Notes: generated by a model from the letters alone, not told the origin. Numbered from the stretch's first letter, positions 1-14,639 are shown. The stretch is DNA of 64,000 bases from an uncultured Chloroflexia bacterium (GCA_963741085.1 CAVUGM010000003.1:267447-331446), one strand, 5' to 3'. Program-made: numbers and translations.

Positions 1-2575
1 GGTCCTGGTGGACGGCCGCCCGGTCGTCTCGTGCGCCCGCGACGCCGGGCGCGTGCGCGGGCCACGAGGTCGTGACCCTGGAGGGCCTGCCCGACGAGGT
101 TCGGGCAGCCTGGGCCGAGGCGTTCGTCGCCACCGGCGCCAGCCAGTGCGGCTTCTGCTCGCCGGGCATCGTGATGAAGGCCGAGGCGCTCCTGCGGCGC
201 GAGCCGGCGCCGGCGCGCGAGGAGATCGCCCGGGCGCCTGGCGGGCAACCTCTGCCGCTGCACTGGCTACGTCAAGATCGTCGACGCGATCGAGGCGGTC
301 GCGGCCGGGCGGCGAGATCCCGCGGACGATCGCCACCAGGCGGCCGCACCAGGCACGGGCACCACGCGCCGCCCGGGGCCGCTCGCTCGCTTCGGCGGCG
401 TCGGTGCCCGCGCGGACCGGATTGCGGCCGGCGAGATGGCGCTCGGGGAGCAGCTGTTCGTCGCCGACATGGTCGGTCCCGGGGATGCTCCACGGGGCGC
501 TCCGCTTCAGCGACCACCCGCGCGCCATCGTCCGCCGGATCGACATCACGCCGGGCCGCGCGCGGCGCCGGGCGTCGTCGCGGTGGTCACCGCCGCCGAC
601 GTCCCCGGCGAGCGGATCGTCGGCCTCATCAGCCACGACTGGCCGGTCCTCGTCGCCGAGGGCGAGACGACCCGCTTCGTCGGCGACGTCCTCGCCGCCG
701 TCGCCGCCGCGGACCCGGCGCGCAGGCGCGCGCCGCCGCCGCCCTCGTCGATGTGGAGTACGAGGTCCTCGATCCCGTCGTCGATCCGTTCGTCGCCCTG
801 GCTCCGGGCGCCCCGGCGATCCACGCGAAGCGGCAACCTGCTGTCGACGTCCGTGGTGCGGCGGGGGGACGTCGAAGCGGCGCTGGCCGGTGCGGCCCAC
901 GTCGTGTCGCGAGCGCTTCACGACCTAGCGCGGTCGAGCACGCCTTCCTGGAGCCGGAGGCCTGCCTGGCGGTGCCGGGCGGCTTTGCGGCGGCGGCTGG
1001 CGACGGCGCGGCGGCCAGCGCGGAGTCGTCCGGCCGTCCCGCCGTCCAGCTCTTCTCGCAGGGCCAGGGCGCCTGGGACGACCGGCGCCAGGTCGCGTCG
1101 CTGCTCGGCCCTGCCGGAGGCCGACGTCCGCGTCACCCAGGTCCCCACCGGCGGCGCGTTCGGCGGCAAGGAGGACCTCTCGCGTCCAGGGGCAGACCGC
1201 GCTCCTGGCGCAGGTCTCCGGGACAGCCCGTGCTGCTCGCCCTGTCGCGCCGCGAGAGCCTCCGCCTCCACCCCAAGCGCCACGCGCTCGTCGATGGACT
1301 ACGAGGTTGGCTGCGACGCCGACGGACGCCTGCGTCGCCGTCCGCGCGCGGATCGTCGGCGACACGGGCGCCTACGCGAGCGTCGGGAGCGAAGGTCCTC
1401 GAGCGGGCCGCCGGCCACGCCTGCGGCGCCTACCGAGTCCCGAACGTGGACGTCGAGGCGCGCACCGTCTACACGAACAACCCGCCGGCGGGCGCCTTCC
1501 GCGGCTTCGGCGTCCCCCAGGCGACCTTCGCCATGGACGGGCTGCCTCGACCGTCTCGCCGAGCAGGTCGGGCATCGACGGCTGGGAGATCCGCTGGCGG
1601 AACGCGGTGCGAGTCGGCGACCGGTTCGGGACGGGCCAGGTCCTGGGGCCGGGCGTCGGGCTCGAGAAGACGCTCCTCGCGGTGCGCGACGCGTATCGCG
1701 GCGCCCGCGTCGCCGGGATCGCGTGCGGTGCGAAGAACGTCGGCGATCGGCAACGGGATGATCGAGCGCGGGCGCGCCATCCTGCGCCCCGAGGCCGACG
1801 GCACGCTGACCCTCTGGCACTCGTGGACGGAGATGGGCCAGGGCGTCCACACCGTCTTCGCCCAGGTCGTCGCCCAGGAGCTGGGCGTCGATCCGGCTAC
1901 CGTCCGCGTCGCTCGTGGACACGGAGCGCGAGCTCGACACCGGCGAGACGACGGCGTCGCGGGCCACGACGCTCGGCGGCCAGGCGGTCGCCGACGCGGC
2001 GCGCAACCTGCGGGCGGCGCTCGAAGCGCTGGGACCGGAGGCTCGCCTGGACGACCTCGCCGGCCACGAGTTCCCCGGCGAGTTCGTCGTCGACTGGACG
2101 ACCCCCATCGGCGAGGGGATCGAGGACCCCGTGACGCACCTCGCCTACGGCTGGGCGACCCAGGTCGTCATCCTCGACGATGAGGGCCGGGTGGCGCGGG
2201 TCGTCGCCGCCCACGACGTCGGCCGGGCGATGAACCCGACGCTGCTCGAGGGCCAGGTCGAGGGCGGCGTCCACATGGGCCTCGGGCTGGCCCTCACCGA
2301 GGCGTTCGTGCACCGAGGGCGGCGTCCCGGTCACCGACACCCTCAAGTCGCAGGGGATCATGCCGGCCGCGTCCATGCCGCCGGTCGACGTGATCATCGT
2401 GGAGGAGGCCCAGCCGGAGGGCCCGTACGGCGCGAAGGGCGCCGGCGAGGCGGTCCTGGTGCCCGACCCCGGCGGCGGTCGCCGGCGCGCTCCACGCGTT
2501 CGACGGCGCGCTGGCGGACGGCGCTGCCCGATGCGCGAACTCGGCCGCGGCGCGCGCGGCGCTCCCGCGGGTCGA
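1..2575 (+). pseudogene. xdhD: XdhD-like fused [2Fe-2S] plus molybdopterin-binding hydroxylase (xanthine dehydrogenase/aldehyde oxidase family). The 5' end lies outside the window. The frame is broken about every 100-300 nt. The 3' end is approximate.
   Basis: One protein is spread over all three + frames. Segments: ASQCGFCSPGIVMKAEALL (ORF 72..2183); GNLCRCTGYVKIVDAIE (nt ~244-295, frame of ORF 436..1761); VPGMLHGALRFSDHPRAIVRRIDITP (ORF 8..928); VVAVVTAADVPGERIVG and VTQVPTGGAFGGKEDLS (436..1761); NNPPAGAFRGFGVPQATFAMDG and WTEMGQGVHTVFAQVVAQELGV (72..2183); DTGETTASRATTLGG...HDVGRAMNPTLLEGQVEGGVHMGLG (1915..2823); EGPYGAKGAGEAVLVP (2360..3694). Confidence 0.8.
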
Positions 2576-3694
2576 CCTCCTGCCGCGGCGCGGGCGACTC
2601 GCGGGCGGCGACGCGGTCGCCGACGGCGGCGTCACGGGTCGGCGGAGTCCGGGAGGGGTCGGCTGATGTCGGCGCTCACGCCGGGCCTCGTCTGCGCCCA
2701 CCACCACCTCTACTCGGCGCTCGCCCGCGGGATGCCGGCACCGCCGAAGGTCCCCACCAGCTTCGCCGGAGATCCTCGAGCAGGTCTGGTGGCGCCTCGA
2801 CGCCGCGCTCGACCTCGAGATGATCCGCTGGTCGGCGATGCTCGGCGCCCTCGAGGCGCTCGAGAGCGGGACGACGGCGATCGTCGACCACCACGAGTCG
2901 CCGAACGCGATCGAGGGCAGCCTCGACGTGATCGCCGCGGCCTGCGCGGAGGTCGGGGTCCGGTCGGTCGCTCGCCTACGGGATCACCGACCGCCACGGC
3001 CCCGACGGCGCCCGGCGGGGCCTCGCCGAGAACGAGCGCTTCATCCGGGCCGGCGGCCGGGGCCTGGTGGGGATCCACGCCGCCTTCACCTGCTCGGACG
3101 AGTCGCTGCGCGCCGCCGCCGGCCTGGCGGAGGACCTGGGCGTCGGCGTCCACGTCCACGTCTGCGAGGGCCCCGGCGACATCGACGCGCCGCGCCGGCT
3201 CGCCGGCCTCACCCGCGACGACTGGCTCCTGGCCCACTGCGTCCACCTGCCGACGGACCACGCGCTGCGGGGCACGATCCTCCACAACCCGATGTCGAAC
3301 CTCAACAACGCGGTCGGGTACGCGGACCCGGCCCGCTTCTCGAACCCGGTCGCGCTCGGCACCGACGGGATCGGCGGCAACGTGCTCGAGGCGTTCCGGC
3401 TGGCCTACGTCCTGCAGCGCTCCGTCGACGTCACCTGCGGACCGGACTACGGCCTGGTCGTGGCTCGAGACCGGCTGGGACCTCGTGCCCGAGGCGCGCG
3501 ACCGACGAGGTCGCCTGGTCGTACGACCCGATGGACCCCTGGCATGTCGCGTTCACGCCCGGGATCCGGCCGCTGCGCGGGTCACGATCGACGGCGAGGT
3601 CGTCTTCGCCGACGGCCGGCCGACCCGGGTGGACGCCGACGAGGTCCGCGCCAAGGCCCGCGAGCAGGCTGCCCGCCTGCACGCCCGGCTCTGA
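2576..3694 (+). pseudogene. ssnA: SsnA-like metal-dependent amidohydrolase (chlorohydrolase/aminohydrolase family), frameshifted. The start is approximate. The visible ATG piece begins at 2666.
   Basis: Segments: TPGLVCAHHHLYSALARGM (frame of ORF 2360..3694); MIRWSAMLGALEALESGTTAIVDHHESP (2820..5660); GIHAAFTCSDESL, GVHVHVCEG, LLAHCVHL, ILHNPMSNLNNAVGY, LGTDGIG (3067..4068). The C-terminus VTIDGEVVFADGRPTRVDADEV returns to the 2360..3694 frame, with the stop at 3692-3694. It sits between the xdhD-like and ygfK-like genes, as in the E. coli ygfK-ssnA-ygfM-xdhD cluster. Confidence 0.75.
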
Positions 3695-3718
3695 GGCGGC
3701 GCCAACGAGGAGGCACCG

Positions 3719-6700
3719 ATGTCCGACCGCTTCCGCCCCATCTCGATGGAGCAGCTCACCGACTGGGTCTTCACCGAGCTCGAGGCCGAAGGACTCGCTG
3801 TTCAACGTGCCCCAGCGCGGCGTTCTTCGTCCCGCGCGCCGACCACCGCTTCCGGCGTCCGCGAGCACGGCGTCGAGCTGGAGACGCCGTTCGGCGTCGC
3901 CGCCGGTCCGCACACCCAGATGGCCCAGAACATCGTGGCCGCCTGGCTGGTCGGCGCCCGGGTCATCGAGCTCAAGACGGTCCAGACCCTCGACGAGCTC
4001 GAGGTCCACAAGCCCTGCATCGACGTCACCGGACGAGGGCTACAACGTCGAGTGGTCGCAGGAGCTGAAGGTCCACGAGTCGTTCGACGAGTACCTGCGC
4101 GCCTGGGTCCTCATCCACGCGCTGCACCAGGCGCTCGGCTGGCCCGGCGAGCGGCCCGGGGTCGTCTTCAACATGAGCGTCGGCTACAACCTCGAGGGGA
4201 TCCTGCGGCCGAACGTCCAGTGGTACCTCGACGCCATGGCCGACGCGTCCGCGCACCTGCCGGCGTACGTGGAGATCGTCGCCCGGCGCTTCCCGGCGGT
4301 CCGCGACGTCGAGATCCCGGCCCGCCTCTCGGACACGGTCACGCTCTCGACGATGCACGGCTGCCCGCCCGACGAGATCGAGCGGATCTCGCTCTACCTG
4401 CTCGAGGAGCGCGGCCTGCACACGTCGGTGAAGTGCAACCCGACGCTGCTGGGCGCGGAGCGGGTGCGCGGCATCGTCAACGACGATCTCGGCTTCGCGG
4501 ACGTGTCGATCCCCGACGAGGCGTTCGGCCACGACCTGCGGTACGCGGACGCGGTGCCGATGTTCCGGAGGCTCCGGCAGGCTGCCGACGCGCGGGGCCT
4601 CGACTTCGGCCTGAAGCTCTCCAACACGCTCGAGGTGGAGAACCGGCGCGGCGTCTTCGAGCACGACCCGACGATGTACATGTCGGGTCGGGCCGCTCCA
4701 CGCGGTCACGCGTCAACCTGGCCGCCACGCTCGCCGAGGAGTTCGGCGGCGACGATCCCGCTCTCGTTCGCGGGCGGCGCCGACGCCTTCAACGTGGCCG
4801 ACCTGCTGGCCGCCGGCATGCGGACGGTCACCGTCTGCTCGGACCTCCTCAAGTCGGGCGGCTACCTGCGGATGCTCCAGTACGCCGAGAACATCGACGC
4901 CGCCTTCGACGCGGTCGGCGCGCTCGACACGGCCGACTTCATCGGCGCCGGACGGCGGCAGGCTTCGACGGCGGCGGGCATTCGAGGCCGGGAGTCCGGA
5001 TCCGGCCGGAGCCGACGCGGCTCGCGGTCGCCGACTGCGCGCGGTTCAACCTGCGCGCGCTACGCCGACGTGGTCCGCCACGACTGGCGCTACCGGAAGG
5101 ACTCCTTCCGGACGGACCGCTCGAAGACGCGCCGCGCGCTCGGCCTCTTCGACTGCATCGCCGCGCCCTGCGTGGACGAGTGCCCGGTCGACCAGCAGGT
5201 GCCGCGCTACATGGCGGCGGTCCGCGAGGGCGACGTCGCCGGCGGCCGTCGCGATCACCCGCCTCGACAACCCGCTGCCCGCGATCCTCGGCCGGGTCTG
5301 CGACCACCTGTGCGAGAACACCTGCATCCGCACCCACCTCGACCAGCCGCTCGCGATCCGCCAGGTCAAGCGCTTCATCATGGAGCGCGAGGTGGCGGGC
5401 TCGCGTCCCGCCGGTGCCGCCCCCGGGCGGCCGGCCGCGGGTCGCCGTCATCGGCGCCGGACCGGCCGGGCTGGCCGCCGCCGAGTGGCTGGCCCGGGCC
5501 GGCATCGGCGTCACGATCTTCGAGGAGCACCCCTACGCCGGGCGGCATGGTCGGCGGCGCGATCCCCGCCTACCGCCTGCCGCAGGCGCAGATCGACCGG
5601 ACCTCGCGGTCCTCGATCGCCTCGGCGTGGAGATCCGCTACGGCCGGCGGGCCGGCGTGAGCCTCACGCTCGACGGCCTGCGGGCCGACGGGTTCGCGGC
5701 GATCTTCGTCGCCGTGGGAGCGCAGCGGGCGAAGCGCCTCGGCCTGCCGGGCGAGGACGCCGAGGGCGTGATCGACGGCGTGACCTTCCTGCGCGGCGTC
5801 CGCGAGGGACGGCCGGCTGCGATCGGGCCGCGCGTCGCCGTCGTGGGCGCCGGCGACACGGCCATGGACTGCGCCCGGACCGCGCGACGCCTCGGCGCGA
5901 CGTCCGTCTCGCTCGTCTACCGGCGGACCGTCGACCAGATGCCGGCCGACCCCGAGGAGATCCACGCCATCCGCGAGGAGGGTGTGGATGTCGTCGAGCT
6001 GGCGCGCCCGTCGGCGCTCCGGGTCGTCGACGGCCGGCTGGCCGGCGTCATCTGCACCCGGACCGAGTACCGCGGGAAGCGGGACGCGGCCGGCCGCAAG
6101 GTCCCGCTCGACGTCCCGGGCTCCGAGTTCGAGATCGAGCTCGACACGCTCGTCCTCGCGATCAGCCAGGACCCGGTGCTCGACTTCTTCGGCGCCGAGG
6201 AGCCGGATCTGACACCGGCCGGCTTCATCGCCGTCGACCCGGCGACACTCGAGACGTCGGTCCCCGGCGTCTACGCCGGGGGTGACGTGGCAGCCGACGG
6301 CCCAGCCTCGATCGTGAAGGCCGCCGCGGACGGCAAGCGCGTCGCCGGCGCCATCGCGGCGCGGCTCGGGATCGGCGCGGACGGTCTGGAGCGGCACGAG
6401 CCCCCGAATCGACCCGGCTGCTCTCATGGTGCGTCGGGCGCACCGCGAGTACCGCGTGCCGATCCGCGTCACCGACCTCGACCGCCGAAACGGCTTCGAG
6501 GAGACGGTGCTGGGCTACACACTCGAGGAGGCGCGCCGGGAGGCGTGCCGCTGCCTGGACTGCGACCGGATGTGCAGCCTGTGCGTTGGCGTCTGCCCGA
6601 ACATCGCCCTCATGACGTACGGGACGGCGCCGGTCCGGGCCGACCTGCCGGTGCTGGCCGTGGCGCGTGGTCGCGTCATTGCCGTCGGGTCCGCGCCCTT

Positions 6701-7178
6701 CGTCGTGGACCAGCGGCTCCAGGTCGCCGTGCTGACCGACTTCTGCAACGAGTGCGGCACCTGCGTGACCGCCTGCCCCACCTCCGGCCGGCCGTACGTC
6801 GACAAGCCGCGGCTCTACCTCGAGCGGACCGACTTCGAGGCGCAGCCGTCGAACGCCTTCATGTTCCTCGGCGACGCGGCCGTCGAGGGGCGCTTCGACG
6901 GCGCCACCCACCGCCTCGACCGCCGGCCCGGGGAAGCGACCCTGGCCTACTGGTCCCCGCGGATCCGGGCGATCCTCGATGCTGCGACCTTCGAGGTCAT
7001 CGAGGCGGAGCCGGTCGGCCCTCCCGGGCCGGCCGCGGACGCCATCTCGCTCGAGCCCGCCTTGATCATGGCCACCCTGCTGGCCTCGTTCACGGCGTCG
7101 CTGCCCTACCTCCCGACCGGACTCGGCGCGGGCGACGGCACGCGGGTGGCCGCCCCTGCCCTGTCGCTACCCGGTTGA
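3719..7178 (+). pseudogene. ygfK: YgfK-like putative oxidoreductase (DPD/glutamate-synthase-small-subunit-like: TIM-barrel flavoprotein, Fe-S, and FAD/NAD(P) domains), frameshifted at least 10 times.
   Basis: GAGGAGG at 3707-3713 sits ahead of ATG 3719 (MSDRFRPISMEQLTDWVFTELE). Further segments: GVAAGPHTQMAQNIVAAWLVGARVIELKTVQ (frame 3719); EGYNVEWSQELKV...STMHGCPPDEIE...HTSVKCNPTLLG and FAGGADAFNVADLLAAGMRTVTVCSDLL, CIAAPCVDECP (frame 2820); RVAVIGAGPAGLAAAEWLARAGIGVTIFE, VAVVGAGDTAMDCART, GVYAGGDV (frame 3719); CRCLDCDRMCSLCVGVCPN and FCNECGTCVTACP (ORF 6426..7178). Confidence 0.8.
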
Positions 7179-7308
7179 TGTTCGGTAGGCGAACGGGGAC
7201 GGCGACCGCGCCGCAGGGGCGCCGGGGTTCTGCTGGCCGAGTCTGCGTCGCGCGATTTCGCGGACCGGCGCTGGCGCCGAACGGCTCGGTACCTGCGCGC
7301 CTGTCGCC

Positions 7309-7728
7309 CTAGGCGGGCGGCCCGGCCGGCACGACGCCGAGCTGCTGCATCAGCGCCATGGCGTCCATGACACCCCAGTGCTCGTGGGCGCGGCCGTCGG
7401 CACCAAAGCGGAACATGTCGATGAGATGCACGTCAACGCTCTTGCCGGTCGGCGGGATGCCCATGAACGCACCCCGGTGGGTGCCCGTGTAGCGCACCCG
7501 GGCCACGACCTTGTCGCCATCCCCGTAGGCGTCCTCGACGTCCATGTGCATGTCCGGGAACGCCGCTTGCTGCATCCGGAAGAACGCTGTGACGCCGGCC
7601 TTCGTCGGCTCGAGGCCGGGCGTCACCTCATGCTCGACGAAGGCGTCGTGCAGGAGCCCGGCGAACCCGTCGATATCCCCGGCGTTGAGGAGCTCGTAGA
7701 GGCGTCGCGCGGTTGCCACGTGGTCCAT
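7309..7728 (-). CDS. SnoaL-like/ester-cyclase (NTF2-fold) protein, intact.
   Basis: 139-aa uninterrupted ORF. It contains FFRMQQAAFPDMHMDVEDAYGDGDKVVARVRYTGTHRGAFMGIPPTGKSV, typical of the SnoaL-like polyketide cyclase family. An AAGGGGGGAAG RBS lies upstream of the ATG. Confidence 0.8.
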   Translation of the reverse strand: MDHVATARRLYELLNAGDIDGFAGLLHDAFVEHEVTPGLEPTKAGVTAFFRMQQAAFPDMHMDVEDAYGDGDKVVARVRYTGTHRGAFMGIPPTGKSVDVHLIDMFRFGADGRAHEHWGVMDAMALMQQLGVVPAGPPA

Positions 7729-7887
7729 GGTGCTTCCCCCCTTTGACCGTTAGCAGGAGTGTACGCAGGGACGGCGTCGAAGTGGCGACTCTGCCGGCTC
7801 CTCGAGGAGGACCCAACGAGGCCGACCCCGCGGGTGGCTCGGTGGAACGGATCCCGTTGACGGACCGCCTCCCCCCGCCGCCCTCGG

Positions 7888-8649
7888 TCAGCTTCCGGCG
7901 CGATGGAGCGCGAAGACCCCGCCTTGCGGGTCGCGGACGATCGCGAAGGTGCCGCCAGGGAACGGCGTCGGCGGCATCATCTCGGCTCCGCCGGCCGCCA
8001 GGGCACGTGCGAACGCAGCCTCGACGTCGTCGACCGCGAAGTAGACCATCCAGTAGGAGGGCACCTCCGCCGGGACCATCGGGTGCATCTCGATGGCGCC
8101 CGCCACCGCCGTGCCGTCGAGCGACAGGTGCGCGTAGGGACGACCATCAGGCATCGGCTGCGACGTGTGTGTCCATCCGAAGACTTTCTCGTAGAACGGG
8201 AGCGCGGACTCCAGGCCACGGGAGTTGAGCTCGGCCCACTGGTACGTTCCCGGCCCGCTGCTGGAGAAGCCCGGCATCGTATCCGGCTGCCAGGCCGAGA
8301 TGAACGCTCCCGACGGGTCCTGGAAGACGGCCATCCGGCCGACGTCGCCAACGGCCATGGCTGGCATCACGACGGTGCCGCCGGCCGCCTGCACCTCCGC
8401 CCCGAGCGCGGCCGCGTCGTCGGTGCCGATGTAGAGCATCCACGCCGTGGGCGCGCCGGGCTGGGTCGGCCCGATCCCGGCCACGTCGTGCCCGTCGACC
8501 CTGGCCATCGCATAGCCGCCGTACTGGGGATCGTCGGAGACTTCGACCTCCCAGCCGAAGACGGCCGCGTAGAAGGCCCGCGAGGCCGCTGGATCGGTGG
8601 TCGACAGGTCCACCCAGATCGGCTTCCGGGTGACGGCGGTATCGGGCAT
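7888..8649 (-). CDS. VOC/glyoxalase-family protein (tandem two-module), intact.
   Basis: Start taken at MPDTAVTRKPIWVDLST (ATG 8649). Two repeats follow the pattern W.(D/E)L...D...(A/S)..FY..VFGW...... plus GG.v.....v..vGr.a...DP.G(A/G).F. Confidence 0.8.
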   Translation of the reverse strand: MPDTAVTRKPIWVDLSTTDPAASRAFYAAVFGWEVEVSDDPQYGGYAMARVDGHDVAGIGPTQPGAPTAWMLYIGTDDAAALGAEVQAAGGTVVMPAMAVGDVGRMAVFQDPSGAFISAWQPDTMPGFSSSGPGTYQWAELNSRGLESALPFYEKVFGWTHTSQPMPDGRPYAHLSLDGTAVAGAIEMHPMVPAEVPSYWMVYFAVDDVEAAFARALAAGGAEMMPPTPFPGGTFAIVRDPQGGVFALHRAGS

Positions 8650-8800
8650 CTCGAGCACCTCGGGTGGACGCCCTTGCCCCCACGGCGGGCGTCGTCGAGG
8701 GATTGTGCCCCAGCGCCGCGAATGCGTCATGCGGGGAGGCTCGCGCCGCCGAGCCGCCATCCAGGCACGGAGACGTGGCCGGGCAATCGCCGACTTCGAC

Positions 8801-9686
8801 CTACCAGCCGCCGGCGTCGCGGACGATGCGGTGGATCACCCGGCTCGCGACCGCGCGGCGGTACTCCGCGGTCGAGCGCACGTCGTCGATCGGGGCGATC
8901 TCGGCGCCAAGGGTGGCGGCTGCGAGGGCGGCGATCTCGGCGCCGGGCAGGGCGCTCTCGAGGACCGCCTCGGTGGCCCGCGCACGGATAGGCGTGGGCG
9001 CGACGGAGCCGAGCGCGACGCGGACGTCGTGCCACGACCCGAAGACTTCTTCCTTCTGCGCGCGCCAGGCAACGGCCATCACCACGACGCTGATCGCCTG
9101 GGCCCGGCGTGTGCCCACCTTGCGGAAGGCGACGCGGCGATCGGGATCGAGCGGGACACGGACGCGTAGGATCAGCTCGTCGGACGCGAGCGCCGTGCGC
9201 CGGTAGGCCGGGAAGAAGGACGCGGCCGGGATGCCGCGCTCGCCCCGGACGCTCCCGACGACGATCTCCGCGTCGAGCGCGAGGAGGACGGGAAGGCTGT
9301 CGCCAGCCGGCGAGGCCGTCGCGAGGTTGCCGCCGAGCGTGCCCCGGTTCTGGATCTGGGCGGCGCCCACCTGGGCAGCCATCTCGGTCAGGACCGGCGC
9401 GTGCTCGCCGACGAGGACGGCGCGGCGCAGATCCGCGTATGTCGTGGCGGCGCCGAGGACAAGGTTGCCGTCCTGCAGCCGGATCCCGCGGAGCTCGTCC
9501 AGCCGCCCGAGGTCGAGATAGCCGCGCGAGTCGGGGATGCCGGCCGCGTGTTCGACCAGGGCATCCGTGCCGCCGGCGATCGGTCGCCACGCCGCCCGTC
9601 GCGAGGAGGCCGTACGCCTCGTCGAGGGTGCGGGGCGTGAGCGCGGCCGGGTCGCCGAGGTCGAGCGCACGCGTCAGGCGCGACAT
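8801..9686 (-). pseudogene. Xanthine dehydrogenase-family FAD-binding subunit (CoxM/YgfM-like), one frameshift near the N-terminus.
   Basis: The N-terminus MSRLTRALDLGDPAALTPRTLDEAYGLLA is in the frame of ORF 8727..9917. The remainder (PIAGGTDALV...QNRGTLGGNLATASPAGDSLPVLLALDAEIVV...TAEYRRAVASRVIHR) is in ORF 8801..9670. Confidence 0.8.
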
Positions 9687-10233
9687 GAGCCGGCACAGCC
9701 GGCGCATCGCCGGGCACGTTGACCCTCGGATTCGTCGCCGCCAGGCGGATCGCCTCGACGATGCGCCCGTAGCCGGTGCAGCGGCACAGGTTCCCCGAGA
9801 TCGCCTCGCGGATCGCGGCGCCGCCCGGCGTCGTGTCGGCTCCGGCACCGGCCGCGTCGAGGAACGCCCGTCCCGCCATGAGCATTCCCGGCGTGCAGAT
9901 GCCGCACTGGACCCCACCAGTCTCCAGGAACGCGGCCTGCAGCGGGTCGAGCCGTCCGCCGGCCACCAGGCCTTCGACCGTGCGGATCGCCCGGCCCTCC
10001 ACCTGGCAGACGGGCACGAGGCAGCTGTCCACGACCTCTCCGTCGAGGAGGACCGAGCACGCCCCGCACTCGCCCTCGCCGCAGCCTTCCTTGGACCCGG
10101 TCAGGCCGAGGTCGAGGCGCAGGACGTCGAGCAGACGGCGTCCCCCGGGCAAGCTCGACCTCGACGGGCTGGCCGTTGACAGTAAAGCGGACGGTGCGGA
10201 CGGCCTGGACGTCGCGGGCCCGGGGCGCGGCCG

Positions 10234-10237
<4 letters not shown>
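9674..10237 (-). pseudogene. Xanthine dehydrogenase-family [2Fe-2S] small subunit (CoxS-like), frameshifted. The 3' end is uncertain.
   Basis: GTG 10237 (VTAAPRARDVQAVRTVRFTVNGQPVEVEL, frame of ORF 9674..10600) overlaps the large-subunit stop (GTGA). The core GCGEGECGACSVLLDG...CLVPVCQVEGRAIRTVEGL...GGVQCGICTPGMLMA...GNLCRCTGYGRIVEAI is in ORF 9388..10152. Confidence 0.8.
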
Positions 10238-12491
<2,254 letters not shown>

Positions 12492-12635
12492 GTCCGCGAC
12501 TCTGGCGCCGGCCCGGGTCTGCGTCAAGGGACAGTCTGCCCGCTCGCGCGGGGCCTCCGGCCGCTGGTCGCGGCATCTTGCGGGAAGCGCGACGGCTGGT
12601 GGGGCAGCATCGGTGAATCCCGGGATCCGGCCCCG

Positions 12636-14490
12636 TCAGGCCCGGAGCCGCTCCCCCATCGTCGCCAGCTGGGCCGCGAGCTCCGGCGGCAGCCGGTCGC
12701 CGAATCGCGCGTAGTGCTCCTCGAACTGCGGGAGCTCCGCGATGATCGCCGCGGCGTCCACCCGCAGCAGCTCGTCGAGGTCGGCCGCGGCGATGTCGAG
12801 GCCGGTCGTGTCGAGGTCGCCGGGGGCCGGGCAGGAGCCCGATCGCGGTCGCCTCGGCCTCGGCCTCGCCGTCGCAGCGCCGGAACATCCACTCGATGAC
12901 CCGGCTGTTCTCGCCGAAGCCCGGCCACAGGAAGCGGCCGTCGGCGTCGCGCCGGAACCAGTTCACGTAGAAGATCCGGGGCAGCCTGTCGGGCGTCGTC
13001 GCCCGTCCGACGTCCAGCCAGTGGCCCCAGTAGTCGGCCATGTTGTAGCCGCAGAAGGGGAGCATGGCGAAGGGGTCGAAGCGCAGCTTGCCGACCTCGC
13101 CGAACGCGGCGGCCGTCGTCTCCGAGCTCATGATCGAGCCCATGAAGACGCCGTGCGTCCAGTCGAACGCCTCGCGCACGAGGGGCACGATGGCCGGCTC
13201 GGCGGCCGCCGAACATGATCCCGTCGATCGGCACGCCGGCAGGGTCTTCCCAGTCCGGGGCGATGGCCGGGTCCTGGCCCGCCGGGGCGGTGAAGCGCGC
13301 GTTGGGGTGCGCCGCCAGCCGGCCCGCGTCGGGCGTCCAGTCCTGGCCCTTCCAGTCGATGAGGTGGGCCGGCGGCGTGTCGGTCAGGCCCTCCCACCAG
13401 ACGTCGCCGTCGTCGGTGAGGGCCACGTTCGTGTAGATGCAGTTGGCGCACGAGCGTGCGGATCGCGTTCGAGGTTCGTCTTGGTGCTCGTGCCGGGAGC
13501 GACGCCGAAGAAGCCGGCCTCGGGATTGATCGCGTAGAGCCGGCCGTCGTCGCCGAACCGCATCCAGCAGATGTCGTCGCCGACCGTCTCGACCGTCCAG
13601 CCGGGCAGCGTCGGCACGAGCATCGCCAGGTTCGTCTTGCCGCAAGCCGACGGGAAGGCGCCGGCGAAGTGCTTCACGCCGGCCGTCGGGCGACGTGACC
13701 TTGATGATGAGCATGTGCTCGGCGAGCCAGCCCTCGTCGCGGGCGATCGCCGAGGCGATGCGCAGCGCGTAGCACTTCTTGCCGAGCAGGGCGTTGCCGC
13801 CGTAGCCGGATCCGTACGACCAGATCTCACGCGTCTCCGGGAAGTGGACGATGTACTTCGTCTCTGGATCGCAGGGCCAGGGGACGTCGAGCTCGCCCGG
13901 GACGAGCGGCGCCCCGACGGTGTGGAGGCAGGGCACGAAGTCGCCGGTCCGGCGGATCTCCTCGAGGGCCGCCGCGCCCATGCGGGTCATGATCTTCATG
14001 TTCACGACGACGTAGGCCGAGTCCGTGATCTGGACGCCCGAGGCGGCTGATCCGCGAGCCGAGCGGGCCCATCGAGAACGGGATCACGTACATCGTGCGC
14101 CCGCGCATCGAGCCGCGGAAGAGGTCCGTCAGGATGGCCCGCATCTCGTCCGGGTCGTGCCAGTTGTTCGTCGGGCCGGCGTCGGCAGCGTCGCGGGAGC
14201 AGATGAAGGTGCGGTCCTCGACGCGGGCGACGTCGGAGGGGTCGGAGCGGGCGAGGAAGCTGTTCGGGCGCTTCTCGGGCGAGAGCGGCGTGAACGTGCC
14301 GGCGGCGACGAGCTCGTCGCACAGGGCGCGGTACTCGTCGTCGGCTGCCGTCGCACCAGTGGACGCGGTCGGGCGTGGCCAGGGCGGCGATCTCGTCGAC
14401 CCAGCGGACCAGGTCCGGCATCCCCTCCGGCCGGGCCAGGCCGGCATACGGCGTCTCCGCCCCGCCCACGTTCGCCTCGACGCTGCGCAT
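12636..14490 (-). pseudogene. pckG: Phosphoenolpyruvate carboxykinase (GTP), at least 7 frame changes.
   Basis: Pieces: [22 protein letters not shown] (ORF 14002..14490); [19 protein letters not shown]...GPTNNWHDP...[17 protein letters not shown] (13827..14567); [13 protein letters not shown]...[24 protein letters not shown] (12524..14005); [13 protein letters not shown]...DDICWMRF (13384..13830); [10 protein letters not shown] (12524..14005); [12 protein letters not shown]...[14 protein letters not shown]...FYVNWFRRD (12412..13188). The C-terminus [23 protein letters not shown] was read by me from nt 12636-12790 and stops at 12636-12638. Confidence 0.9.
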
Positions 14491-14639
14491 CCTTCACCCG
14501 CCTCCATGCCGGACCGCGCCCGACCTGCCGCGGGCTGTTCGTGCGAACGATAGCCGCCTCGGCGCACGGCGCAAGCGGGCCGACCTTACTGCGGGACACG
14601 GGCCGAGACGCCCCTTCCCGTTCGAGTACGATCGAGCGC

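Noticed and set aside
900-935. Possible in-frame TAG (ERFTT*) inside the xdhD-like gene as proof of true pseudogenisation
   Set aside because: Three alternative frame paths cross this spot (AAHVVSRALHD / ERFTT* / SRPSAVEHAFLEPEA). I cannot tell whether the TAG lies on the true path or only in a frame entered through a neighbouring indel. It is not usable as evidence without an alignment to an intact orthologue.
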